Source: Saprolegnia diclina VS20
Lineage: Eukaryota
DNA length: 41,531 nt
Direction of reading: 5' to 3'
Assembly (NCBI RefSeq): GCF_000281045.1
Contig: NW_008246086.1
Span: forward strand, 359,058 to 400,588
The position numbers were made by a program, and so were the translations under genes. The notes under the pieces were generated by a model. It had not been told where the DNA came from, did no database searches, and worked only from the letters and a program-made list of their open reading frames with translations. Positions 1 to 11,020 of the stretch are shown one piece after another. Numbering within the stretch: position 1 is the first letter of the stretch; each line of letters starts with the position of its first letter.

Positions 1-2
1 TG

Positions 3-1037
3 TTTGCGCCGCCCACAAAGCCGCCGGCCCACGAGATGCAACCTGTGCATGAGCCCGCGCCCGTGCACACGCCGTCGACACCGCAAGCTGTCTCGTCGCT
101 CTTCTCCAACAGCCCTCGAGCTCAAGCGACCTCGGCACACGATTCGCCGTTCTCGGCATCATCGCAGGGGCCACCGCAAGCACCGTCCTCGCAGTGGCAC
201 CCAGAGGCGCCACGGGCGTACGCGCCCCCAACCACTGCACCGTTTGCGCAGCCGGGGCATCGACCGACGGCCAGCACGCCATTGCCGTCCGATTGGAAGC
301 AAGGGATGTCCTCGCCTGCGAAATCCGCGTTCGCCCAGCCCCGCACGCCCGAACTTGGACCGACGACGAACGCGCGGAAGCCGGGGTACTCGCCGAATGG
401 CCACGCATCGTCGAGTGCGATGCCGCAGTCTCGGGCGCTAGGGCAGTCGTCCATGCTTCAGTCGACGGCACCCGCGCCGACGCAGACAGCAGGGTTTGCC
501 CCACCGACCGCCAACGACTCGGAAACGCGGGCGGGTGGATCGTCGCCGTGGCACCACGTCGCGCCACCCGCGAACACTCCGCCAAAAACGGCGCAGGCGC
601 CCCCGAGAACCCCCGAGCTTCGATCGACGCCTCGGGCGCCGTTGCGCGGTCCGCCGCCCGCCGACAGCCCGTCGTTTTCGCTGCCGACGACAACAGCGCC
701 GGTCGTGCGACCGCGCCCCAAGCTGCGCCTGAACCTCGAGTCGTCGATGGAAAAGTTGTTGGTGGCGGCCTCGCCGTTGCACCCGGCGTTGCTGCCGACG
801 CCGCCGCGGTCGACGTCGCGCTACGTGCCCTTGTCACCGGCCAACTCGGTGCGCTCCGACTGTTCGGCGTCGACGGCTGGCGTGTACCAGCTCATGACGC
901 AGTACAAGGCGATGGCCGAGCGGCTCGAGAAGGAGAAAGCCGAGCTCCTCCAGATCCTCACGCAGCAAGCCGAGCAGTTTTATGCAATGCAAGCGTACAT
1001 TGAAGAGCTCCAATCGGCCCGCGACGCGCAACCCTAG
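3..1037 (+). CDS. Pro/Ser/Thr-rich protein with C-terminal coiled coil, probably 5'-partial
   Basis: The frame of ORF 36..1037 is open back to position 3. The body is low-complexity. The C-terminus (YQLMTQYKAMAERLEKEKAELLQILTQQAEQFYAMQAYIEELQ) is heptad-like. Stop TAG at 1035-1037 is followed by an AT-rich gap. Confidence 0.75.
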   Translation, partial: FAPPTKPPAHEMQPVHEPAPVHTPSTPQAVSSLFSNSPRAQATSAHDSPFSASSQGPPQAPSSQWHPEAPRAYAPPTTAPFAQPGHRPTASTPLPSDWKQGMSSPAKSAFAQPRTPELGPTTNARKPGYSPNGHASSSAMPQSRALGQSSMLQSTAPAPTQTAGFAPPTANDSETRAGGSSPWHHVAPPANTPPKTAQAPPRTPELRSTPRAPLRGPPPADSPSFSLPTTTAPVVRPRPKLRLNLESSMEKLLVAASPLHPALLPTPPRSTSRYVPLSPANSVRSDCSASTAGVYQLMTQYKAMAERLEKEKAELLQILTQQAEQFYAMQAYIEELQSARDAQP

Positions 1038-1093
1038 ACCCCCTTCCGACTGATTCACATGAACGACTTGCATATACAAGTTTTTAGTTGGTT

Positions 1094-4000
1094 CTAGGCG
1101 CTCTCCGTGGCCACGGACGCAATGTGCTCCATCTACAAGTGGGTATTCGTAAGATAGAACAAACGACTATAGTCGATGGACCTGCGCACTCAACGCCTTG
1201 AGCTGGCCCTTGATGTCGCTGAGATCGCGCTCCGTGGACGCCACGTTGGCCCGCGTGAGGCACTGCGCCATGCCTTGGGGGAACCACGAGTGGTCGTCCT
1301 TCTCGAGGAGCGTCTTGACGTACGCCTCGGGCCCGGTGCAGTCGGTGAGGTCTTTTGCGCGCAAATGCACGATAAAGTAGAGGTAGTTCCACCTACGCAG
1401 CTACAATGGCAACGCGAAGACAATATTGTGCAATGTACATGTTGTGCTCGGATGCAATGTGCTTGGCAAAGCCGTCCGAGATGCCTTGCTCCGTGTAGTG
1501 ATTCTCAAAGACGTCGCGCGAGAGACCGCAGATAAAGCACTGGTTCTTCATAAGGCGCTCCTTCTCGTTGGCTTCGGTGCGAAGCTCGCCAAACGTGTCG
1601 ATCGTAATACCAAACACGATATTGAGCAGCAGCACAATCACGAGCACAAAAAAGCTCAAGTCGAAGAAGACGCGCGCCCAGTACATGCTCCGGTTGAAGT
1701 AATTCGGCGGGTGGTTGAGACCGTTGGTGAGAAAATCACCGATGCCCCCGCCGCTCAAAAGACCCCGGTGCACGAAGAAGAGGAAGCAGTCCATCATCGT
1801 CGAGCAGTACGGCACGTGCTCGACCTCGTCCGTTGCGTCCGACGGCGTGAAGAAGAAGAGCACCATCGTGTAAAAGTAAATCACAAAGAGGCCGAGCAGA
1901 CACGTGAGCGCGAGCGCCCGCCCGGGTTTGGTCACGGCGCGCACCACATTCTGGAGCGACGGGCTCATGATGACCAGATCCAGCAAGTGGTAGCCATAAA
2001 AGATGGGGTGGTACATCGTAGCGCAGCACGCTGTCCCGAGGTACACGGTGTAGAACGCCGTGTGTTTGTCAAAGATGACGTCGTAGACCAGCGTGTAGAC
2101 CAGACCAAACCACGAGCAGCTCGTTTCGAGGTAGTTGCGCGTGTTGCGTACGAACGGCAAGAAGAGAATGATGACTACGCAGGGCACATGAGGACACCTT
2201 GTCCTGTATCGGCGAGACAAGAGATATAGAGAGACACGTACATGGCACTTCGGTGGGAAAGTCGGGAAACGCCTGCAGCAGCGTCAGTTGCAGAAGGTAG
2301 ATGAGCAAGATCATGCGCAAGAGCGGAAGGTATGAATGATAAATCTGGACGAGCGACTCCACGAGCCCTTTGGCCGTAGACGTGAGCCCGAGAAGTCCGC
2401 TCTTCAGATGCTTGCCGACTTCGTCGATCTGGAGATGGATCGCTTTCAGATCGGCGAGATCAAACTCGAGGCTCTCCAGCTTGCGCTGCTTCTTGCTCGC
2501 ATTGTACGAGTCGAGCAGGTTTTTGATCTGCGCGTTGCGGCGCGCGCGAAAGACGAGCGGGACGCTAATGACGAGCATAAACACCTAGCACACCGCGATG
2601 AGATTCCTCGGGGCTCCAGATTTTTTCAGATTTTTCAAATTTTCAGATGTGAGTTCTGTACCAGCACGGCGGTCGAGAGGAAGATCTGGAGCATGCCAAA
2701 GTACTGCATCGGTTGCTGGAGCCCATTCGGCTCAAAGTGGCGGTCCGTGCTCTCGTCGTTGTGCTTGAGGGCGACCAGCTACGTCAAATGTCAAATGTCA
2801 AATCCAGTGTAATTGCCAGAAACCATGATGAGGTTCATAAAGATGGCCAAGATAAAACTGAGCGACTTGAAGAGCGGAATGTACGGTCGAATGAGGTTGT
2901 ACAGGAGGAAGCGACTGAGCATCTCAATGTGCTGCATCTCCTCGTCGAGGCCCCGCGCCGCTTGGACGAACTGCTTGAGGCGCTCGTTCGACTTGTAGTC
3001 AAAGTCGTTCAAGAGACGTTCCTTCTTGTGCCCAAGAAACGCAAACATGCGGCAGTGCGAATGCAGTGGAAAATGCACTGTATCGAGCCGCGGTTCGTCG
3101 GTGCCCCACCAAATTTCGATCGTGCAGTGGAGGTCGTCGAAGAACTTGTAGGCCTTGGCGTACATGGACTTGTGCCGCCAGTCGGCCTTGGCAGCTTTGA
3201 ACGCTGCCTCGCTCGCATAGTCGCCGCGGCGAGGCGCCTTGGACGTCTTGGTCGACTCGGGGACGAGCGTATCGTCGTCGGCCTTGGTGTCGCTGGACGG
3301 TCGAAACACGCACTGCGCCAGCGTGAAGAGGTTGACGCCTTCATCCAGAAACTCCTCGTGCCACGCCATATCTCCGTTGTGCTCCTCCTTCTCGGCATGG
3401 TACTGTTCGTAGAGCTCCTACACTCGTATGGTTAGCAAGTGCAGTATGCACGTTACAGAGGTACGAGGAGGCGGTTCTTGATGGCTTTGAGCTCCAATGT
3501 ACTCCGGAGACGCGCCTCGACGCGGTCGTCGCTGCGGCCTTCGAGGAGACTCACCATCGTCTTGACAGCGTTGGCCTTGAGCGTCTTGACGGCGTCCGCG
3601 GTCGGGAGCGTGTCGTCCGACGCATCCACCACGTTGATGTGCGCCTTGAGCGTCTTACGAAAGATCTCGACCATGACGGAGCCCGTGAGGTACTCTTGGA
3701 TCGCACTGCAGGGGCCTTGCATGTACTCGGTCAAGAAGAGCCAGCACGCGTTGAGGGACCGGCAGTCGTCCGCACTCATGTTTTGAAGCTGCGCTTCGTC
3801 CTTGACAAGGATCGCGAGGTACGACGTGACCGTCTGAAGCAAGTTGACGCTCATAAGGTTGCCAACATGCGACTGGTCGAGCATGACGAGCTGCATTTGC
3901 AGGTTGTGCCCCTCAGCCAGCATCTACACCACATTTATGCTACCTCTGTATACATATAGATTGCTCTTTACGGAAAGAAAGTGGATGAGCAGGTCGCCCG

Positions 4001-7000
4001 AGATGACCACGTCTGCGTCCGAATGCGTGAATGCCAAGAGGTTGTCTGTGGCGCGACTGCACTCGGCTGCGCCGTGGCCTGTGGACGGCGTCGAGACGGC
4101 GAGACGCGACTCGGCAATGTACTTGATCGTCCGACGTGTCTCCTTGACCTTTTCGATGGCGGCTTGCAGAATCCGGTCAATTTGCATAAAGAACCTATTG
4201 TCCGAGTTGAATACTTGACACTTTCATAGACAGATAGATAGATAGATACCGCTCGTCGCTGGCCTGCATGCTCTCGTAGAGCATGGCTTGCACGGTCGCG
4301 TTGCCGCCGCGAACGAGGCTGAGGCCAAATTCAATGGCCTTGAGCATCGTGCCCGGGTTGTACGCATTGGCGATCAAGGTCAAGACGAGCCGCGCAGCGC
4401 CACACCTAATGGTACAGACAAACATGAAAAATGATGAAAAATAACAATAAAGGTGTACGTGGCCATAAACGTCTGTGTGGTTTGGTACATTTCTTGGGCC
4501 TCTTCGATCTCGGCTCGCTGCAGCCGCAGCTTGGCGTCCTCGGACAGCGCTTTGGATGAAATGGTGCGGACGAGCATTTCGAGCGTACTGACAACACAAC
4601 CTAGCGACATTGTCGGATTGAAGTTTCCCGAGGCAAGACAAAGACAAAGCGTACTCGACGTAGGGTTGTCAGCGATGAACTTCATGATGCGCGATGCCAA
4701 GAGCTGCTTGGTGATCGTGTTGGCGCGGTCCGCACCAGCGTCCGGGCGCGACTTGTCGGTCAGCGCCTCGATCGTCTCCATCACGTCGACGAATTCTTGG
4801 AGCTCGGCATGAACGCTGGCGCAAATGTCGGGCGCCTCGAGAAGCGACCACTTGAACTGGTCAAACGAACTTGCGGTCGCGACGGTCTCGACGAGCGTCG
4901 CATTCGGCCGGTGCTTGACGATCGCGTTGCGGTGTCGAATCGACGTGTTGGACGGCGTGCGGCGCAGCGGCGGCAGCGTCGGTTTCTTCTCGATTGGCAA
5001 GCCGAGCGCGATGCCGCAATAATCACAAATCTAGTCGGCGTCGGCAAACATGAGAAACCAAATAGATGAAAACGTGGCGTGTGCAACCTCGTGCTGGGCT
5101 ACGTCGAGCTTGCCACGTTTCTTGAGCGACTTGATGTCCGACCGGAGCGCGTGCACAATGTGCACAGTATTGTCATCGAGGTCGTCGGCCTTGGGGTTGT
5201 AGACGCAGCTAAAGAACGCCGTGACGATGCTCAAGTTCCCCTCAAACACGTAGCGCGCGAGCTCGTCGAACGTGATGTTGGCTTTGGGCGTCGACTCGGC
5301 CGACGATGGCGCTTGGTCCTTGTAGAGAAAGGCGTTGTAGGCCGCGATTTGCGTCGAGCAGTGCAATAGAACGCTCCACATGGCGGGAAGGACCCCGATC
5401 TTTGGGTCCACGTCCAAGTCCGTGTCCAAGAACACTTCGGCGAGAAATTTGCCGGCGACGACTTTGAGCGTCAGCGGCATTTCTTCGTCCAAGAGCAGTG
5501 TCAGAATAAAGTTGAGCGGGTACAATTGCTGGCACTCGACTTCGGTCTTGTACGTCTTGCCGCGGCACACGCAGCCAAGGAGCTCGAGCGACTACAAAAA
5601 GATATTGTTTAAGCTCGATTTTTGTGTTTGCGTGTCAAACGTTTAAAAAATAGAAATGTCAAAAAATCAAAAAATACCTTTTCAAAGTAGACCAGCTGCG
5701 CACTCGCGTTCGGGTTGCGGACAAGGTCGAGCAGCGAGAGGTAGCCATCGGTCGTCATGAGATCGACGGACCCGACCTCCATGTTCGGCTCAATGCCGCG
5801 TCCGAACGGCAGAATCGTGTGTTCAAACTGCGGGTGCGACAGCACCGAGAAGAGATGGACCTATGTCGTCCATTTTAGTCGACTACAAAGATAAGTGCTC
5901 GTACCTGGTTGGACTTCATGGGCACTTGATCCGGGATCATATAATGCGTGAAAAAATTGAGAATCGTGCAAATGGTGCTGAACCCGTCGTCGGCGCCGGC
6001 CGCGAGCTGCGCGAGGAGGTCGTTGAGGAGCTTCATCGTGGTCCAGATTGCTTCTTCCGGAATGCTCGAGCACAAGTCGCGGTTGTCGACAAAGATCGCG
6101 ATGAGCACGTCGCCAATGTTCTGCAGCTCCTCTATCCCATTCCATTGTACACAATGTCCTTCGAATGTCAGACAAGTTGTACCAAATCGCGCAATCAAAT
6201 CGGGCAAACACGGAAACACGAGGCGCTGCCCCATGGGGTTGCGGGCCATGAGCCGCTGGAAGAAGAGACAGCACTCGGCTTTCACCGCCATCAAGTTGGC
6301 TTTGTACTTTGGCTCGATCAACGTCGTCGGCATGCGCAGCAGCTCCATCACGTCCAGATGCGTATGAAGTTGGAGCAAAATGGTCTGCTTCTCCAGATTT
6401 GGCTCGCGCAATTCCGACCCGTTGAGTTTGTCGACGCAAAATTCTTGCATTTTGCGCAGGATGTCGACCAATAGATGGGCGACGCCCGCATAGCCCAGCG
6501 GCACCTTGTTGACATCGAGCATTTGATCGCAGAGCGACGGGGATGCAAAGGACGTCATGTAATGGCGCAGCAACGGGCCCATGTACTCCATCTCCTTGAG
6601 CACTTGGGCGCTCGAAATGGAGCTGGACGCAATGCGCGCCGACGCCACGGACGGCCGCACGAGGATGCACTGCCCGAGGTATGAAAGGACTTGGTCCTGG
6701 CGCGTGTGCAGCTGCAGCATGAGAGCGAGCGCCGCGTGTACAAGCGTGTCGTCTTCGTACATCATGAGATCCATGCAGATGGTCGCCAGCGGTAGCTTGG
6801 CAATCGACCGCATGTCGAGACTGCCCTTGGCAAAGAGCTGCAAGAACGTGCTGTGCTTCTTTGGTGGTGCAAGCAGCCGCGCGGACTCGTCTTTTTGGCG
6901 CTTTCCGATCTTTTTCTTTGCTCTCGGGCGGCGGCGTGGCACGTCGTCCGGACTCGCGGCGTGGTCACCGTCGTCATCGTCATTGTCGTCAATGTCGTCG

Positions 7001-10000
7001 TTGGCGGCGGTGGGCGTCGTGATGTCTTGAAAGCCAACGTACTTGAAGTGCGACAGCAGCGAAAGCACTTCGTAGTTGCGCCACACGACGTTGATGGCCT
7101 GCAAAATGTCACAGATTTGCATTTTGCACTTGGTCAACGCGTCGTTGAGCTTGTTGCGGTTATAGCGCGTCGTGTCGTCGAACGTCGCCTGCGAGCTGTT
7201 GACGAGCGCGAGTGCCGACGGACTGTAGACCGTGTTGCGGCCGTCGAGCAGCAGGAGCAGCGGCATCAAGAGGCGCTCAATGGCCTCCATGTCGGGGTAA
7301 AACCCGCATCGAACAAGCCAGTCGACGATGACGAGCAGCGCGCTCAGACAGACATTGGCGTCGATCGTGCTCAGCACGAGCTTGTCCTTGGCCATGAGCA
7401 GCATGGTCTCGTGCACGACGCCTAGGCTCATGCGTCCACACGGCACAAGACAATTTTGTATCGTACCTTGCACGAACGCAAACTTGTCTGCGAACGGGTA
7501 GGCAATGAAGGCGTCGTCCGATGCAAGCGCCGGGTGCCCTGGCTGCAGCTCAAAGTGTGCAAGGAGCTACGGGCATTGAATGAAAGTGAATACATCAATG
7601 CCAAAATGCTCGTACCAACGGCGCTTGGCGGTCGAGCTTGGGAATGTCATCAAAGCCGTAGACATAGCGGGGCAACAGCAGCGGCTCATGAGGGAACCGG
7701 CGCAGCCAGCACAAGTGCAGCATCGTGCTAAACGATGTGCGGATCGTGTGCGGCAAGCCCGGGTTGGCCACAGCGCTCAGCAGCATGTTGTAGCTAAACT
7801 GCGCCGATAAGATCTAGACATTCAAAAAGTGTGAAAACTAGGAAACAATGGAAAATCAAACAAAAATCAAGCAAACATCAATCACACAAGCCGACCTCGA
7901 GGGACGTCGCGCAGTGGCCGCGCAAGAGCTCTGCAAACAACATGAGCTGCAGGTTGTAGTAGTTGGCCAACGCTTTGAGGCGCTCAAAGACTTCGAGTCG
8001 CTCGTGGTCCCTCTGTATCTCGGCCCACTCGGTCGCCCACACTTTGCCGTTAAAGAGGAGCGGGAACATGTCGTCGGGCTGGAGCGTCCACACAATGTGC
8101 TCGAGAAGGATCCACTCGCGATGCGCCGCGTTCACGAGCTGATCGTACTGCGCGAGGTCGCTGCTCACGGCGGCGTCGACGACCGGGGTCAACTGCAGCT
8201 CGGCAGGAGTGAAGAAGAGCCCACTGCTTCCGTTCAGGTCCCAGTTCAGCGCGGCTTTCCAGCTCACAACGATGTTGACGTAGCCTTTGCTGAGCATATC
8301 ATAGCCGACGGGGTGTCCGTTGTGGGCAAAGCTGCTCGCGCCGCTCGGCGCACTCACGACAAAGTCCTTTCTACGCCACGTATCAAGTTGATACTTCAAC
8401 ATAAAAACAAAGCACGTACACGGCGGGCGAAACGGGCCGGACAGGGTTCGGGCACGCGGCGGCTTCGATGAGAATGCTGTACCGGGTCGTTTGCAGCTCG
8501 GGCCGCAGTGTGAGACTGTAGAGCGCGCGCACAATCAGCTAGACGTATAATCCAGTATTCCTATGCGAATTTTCGATCGACAATAGGTGTACCTCTTGGT
8601 TTTGGGGTAAATTCACATCGTCGCACGCGCAAATGGTCGACAAAAAATGCAGAATGCCAAACGCCTTGACCCCTTTGGCTTCAATGTTGCGGCAGCTCGA
8701 CGTGATAAGCGAGAGATCCACCGAGTGCTCGAGAAGTTGCTTGTTGTTGAGAAAGAGACTGCGGTACACCGACTTGGAGCCGGTCTCGGACCCAATATGG
8801 CCGAGCGTCTCGTCCATGTACGTTCCAGGAGTCGCCTCATTGGCCTTGGAGACTGTATAGTAGTAGGCAGTCGCGGACCGCGTCGCGATGTAGTTCTTAT
8901 TCGCCAAGTTGCCGTTGACGGCGCACACGAGCACTTTATTGATGAGGCGGTGCACGCGCAGCACGACCTTGAGCGACGGGTCTGTCGCAAGGTCATGGGT
9001 CGAGATGTGGTTGGTCTTGACCACGCGAAGCATCTCGTAGAGGGTGTCGAGGACCTTGGCTTCCCGCACTTGCTCTTGTCGATGGAAAATCGGGCGGCCA
9101 TCGGCGTCTTCCGCGCTGCCCCCGGCTTGCAGAAATGCAATCAAGCTCCGGAGCGCGGTCAGCGTGTTGGTCAAGAACATGTGCGTCACTGGCACACGCT
9201 TCTGCAGCGCCAACTGAACGTCGTCACGGTACCGACGTAAATGCTGCACGACGCTCGAGAGGTAGAACGCCTCGTACGCCTCGGTGGCCGACGCCTCCAC
9301 GAGTCGAAAACAATCCTTTTTCAAACAAAAAATCAGCACCAAATACTGTCATACAAACGAATTTGTACTTCGTCCAAAAGCCGCGTGGAGGCGACAAAGT
9401 GATAACTCGCCTTGTGCTTTAAGGCGTGGTTGGCTTTGGCACGGTTTGGGTTGTGCAGCCGATAGGGCCCACCCTCGCCGTGGTGCGGTGTCTAGAAACA
9501 CGCCATGTTCAGTCGAAAATGACGGACGGACGCAAATAAGGCTACCTCGATGCGAAACGTGAGTTGGGTACTGTTGCCCGAGCCGAGACTTCCAAATGTC
9601 GGTCGCAAGCAAAAGGTCGAGTGGCCTTCGTCGGCGCGTGCACCGACGAGGGGCACTTCGTGGTGACGGCCGTCCTCCGAGAGGGCTAGGTATTGTCCTA
9701 GGACATCGCAAGTTAGTCGACTTGGACATCCGCGTAGACCGTAGTACCGGTGGCGAGGTGGCGGAACCGGTACTCATCGTCAAAGTCGGTCACGACGCCA
9801 CCTTCTTTCGGGTCGAGACGCTCGAGCACGTAGAGCGACTTGAGCGTGAAATTGGCCGACGCCGCATAGTTGGAGTCGGGGACGATTTGGCGCAGGTACG
9901 GCGCTTTTGTGGCGTAGGGGTTGGCTGAGAATGTTACGTACGCCTGGCCTTCGAGATGGAAGAGTCGGTAGAGCTTCCCAATCTAGTGGCAGAATACACA

Positions 10001-10770
10001 GTGTCCATGGAAACCTCGCGTCGGCTACCTGGAGACTGCGCGACGACGGTGGTGTGCACTCGGTGTACTTTTGCAGCTGCAAGATCGACTCCTTGTAGTT
10101 CATGTTGATTTCTTTGCGATCGAGCGCATCGCGCGGGTACGGCGCGGCGCTCAGATGCAGCACGTGGCTCGTATACTTGGCGCGGGCCAAACACACCTAC
10201 AAGCACCACAATATTGTCATATGCACGCAAGACTCAGAACCTATTGTCTACCGAGTCGTGAAAGATGACGCTGCTGCCGACGGACCGCGTCTTGTACCGT
10301 GGCAGGAGCGTGAAGTAGGCCTTCATGGACCCATCGGCCTGCAGCGTGACCTTCATGCTCGTCTTGTCAACGTCGGCGAGCGTCTTGGCTTTGGACGTGA
10401 GGAATTTGCCAGACAACACGTGCTGCAGCTGGACGATCTGGCCGTACACGATGCCTTGGCCGCTGCTCTCCAGGTGGCGGATCACGGCGGCATTGGCCTC
10501 GGTCTCAGCAGCCGCCTGCTGCTTCAAGAGCTCGACCTTGTCCAGCGCCTCGTCCTTGATTTTGTGCAGTGCTTTTGCGGCTTCGTACGTCAGCTTGGGC
10601 ACGACGCGGAAGAGACACCCTTCAAACGTGGCAGCGCGTGCATGGTCGGCACGGAGACAGCCGAGGCGCTCGTCCACAAAGCCATCCGAGTGCGCGTAGC
10701 CGTCGCCTTGGAAATGGAGGTAGACAATGTCGCCTTCGTACAGGACACGCGGCTCGCGCTTCCGGAGCAT
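1094..10770 (-). CDS. ITPR: IP3 receptor/ryanodine receptor superfamily Ca2+-release channel, paralog A (about 20 short introns, roughly 2,800 aa)
   Basis: N-terminal motifs LYEGDIVYL..GFVDERL, IVYGQIVQLQHVLSGKFL and YFTLLPRYKTRSVG match the IP3R suppressor domain. Also present: MIR-type YRFRHLATG, LAEGHN and LTEYMQGPC (RIH-associated), pore GLLSGGGIGD, S6 LNIVFGITIDTFGELR, Zn-site CFICG...H...HNM, and spliced HNMWNYLYF and CTGPEAYV. Last intron 1133-1181; stop TAG at 1096-1094. The start ATG (MLRKREP) was chosen by homology to paralog B. Confidence 0.93.
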
Positions 10771-11020
10771 CCTGCAACAACTTGACGACTGGCGCGTTGG
10801 ATCGTCGGTTTCGGTAGGAAACCTCTTTGTTTGAATTTGTGTATCTTGTTGTGCACTATGCATTACCAGAGGTATCCAATGTGAAAGGATATATTGGTTA
10901 GGCAGCTATGGGAAAGCACGCACACTCGCTGGCCTTTCTTCAAAATATAAGGTTTGAGAGGTGGGCGCGCGGACGCGCCATAATGACGGCGACCTTTCGA
11001 GCCACTTTGAAAAAACGAGC
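10771..11020. promoter_or_regulatory. Putative bidirectional promoter between the two IP3R-like genes
   Basis: 250-bp interval between divergent ATGs, more AT-rich than the flanking CDS. CCAAT (10876-10880) and ATTGG (10893-10897) lie in opposite orientations near the midpoint. INR-like CCACTTT at 11002-11008. Confidence 0.6.
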
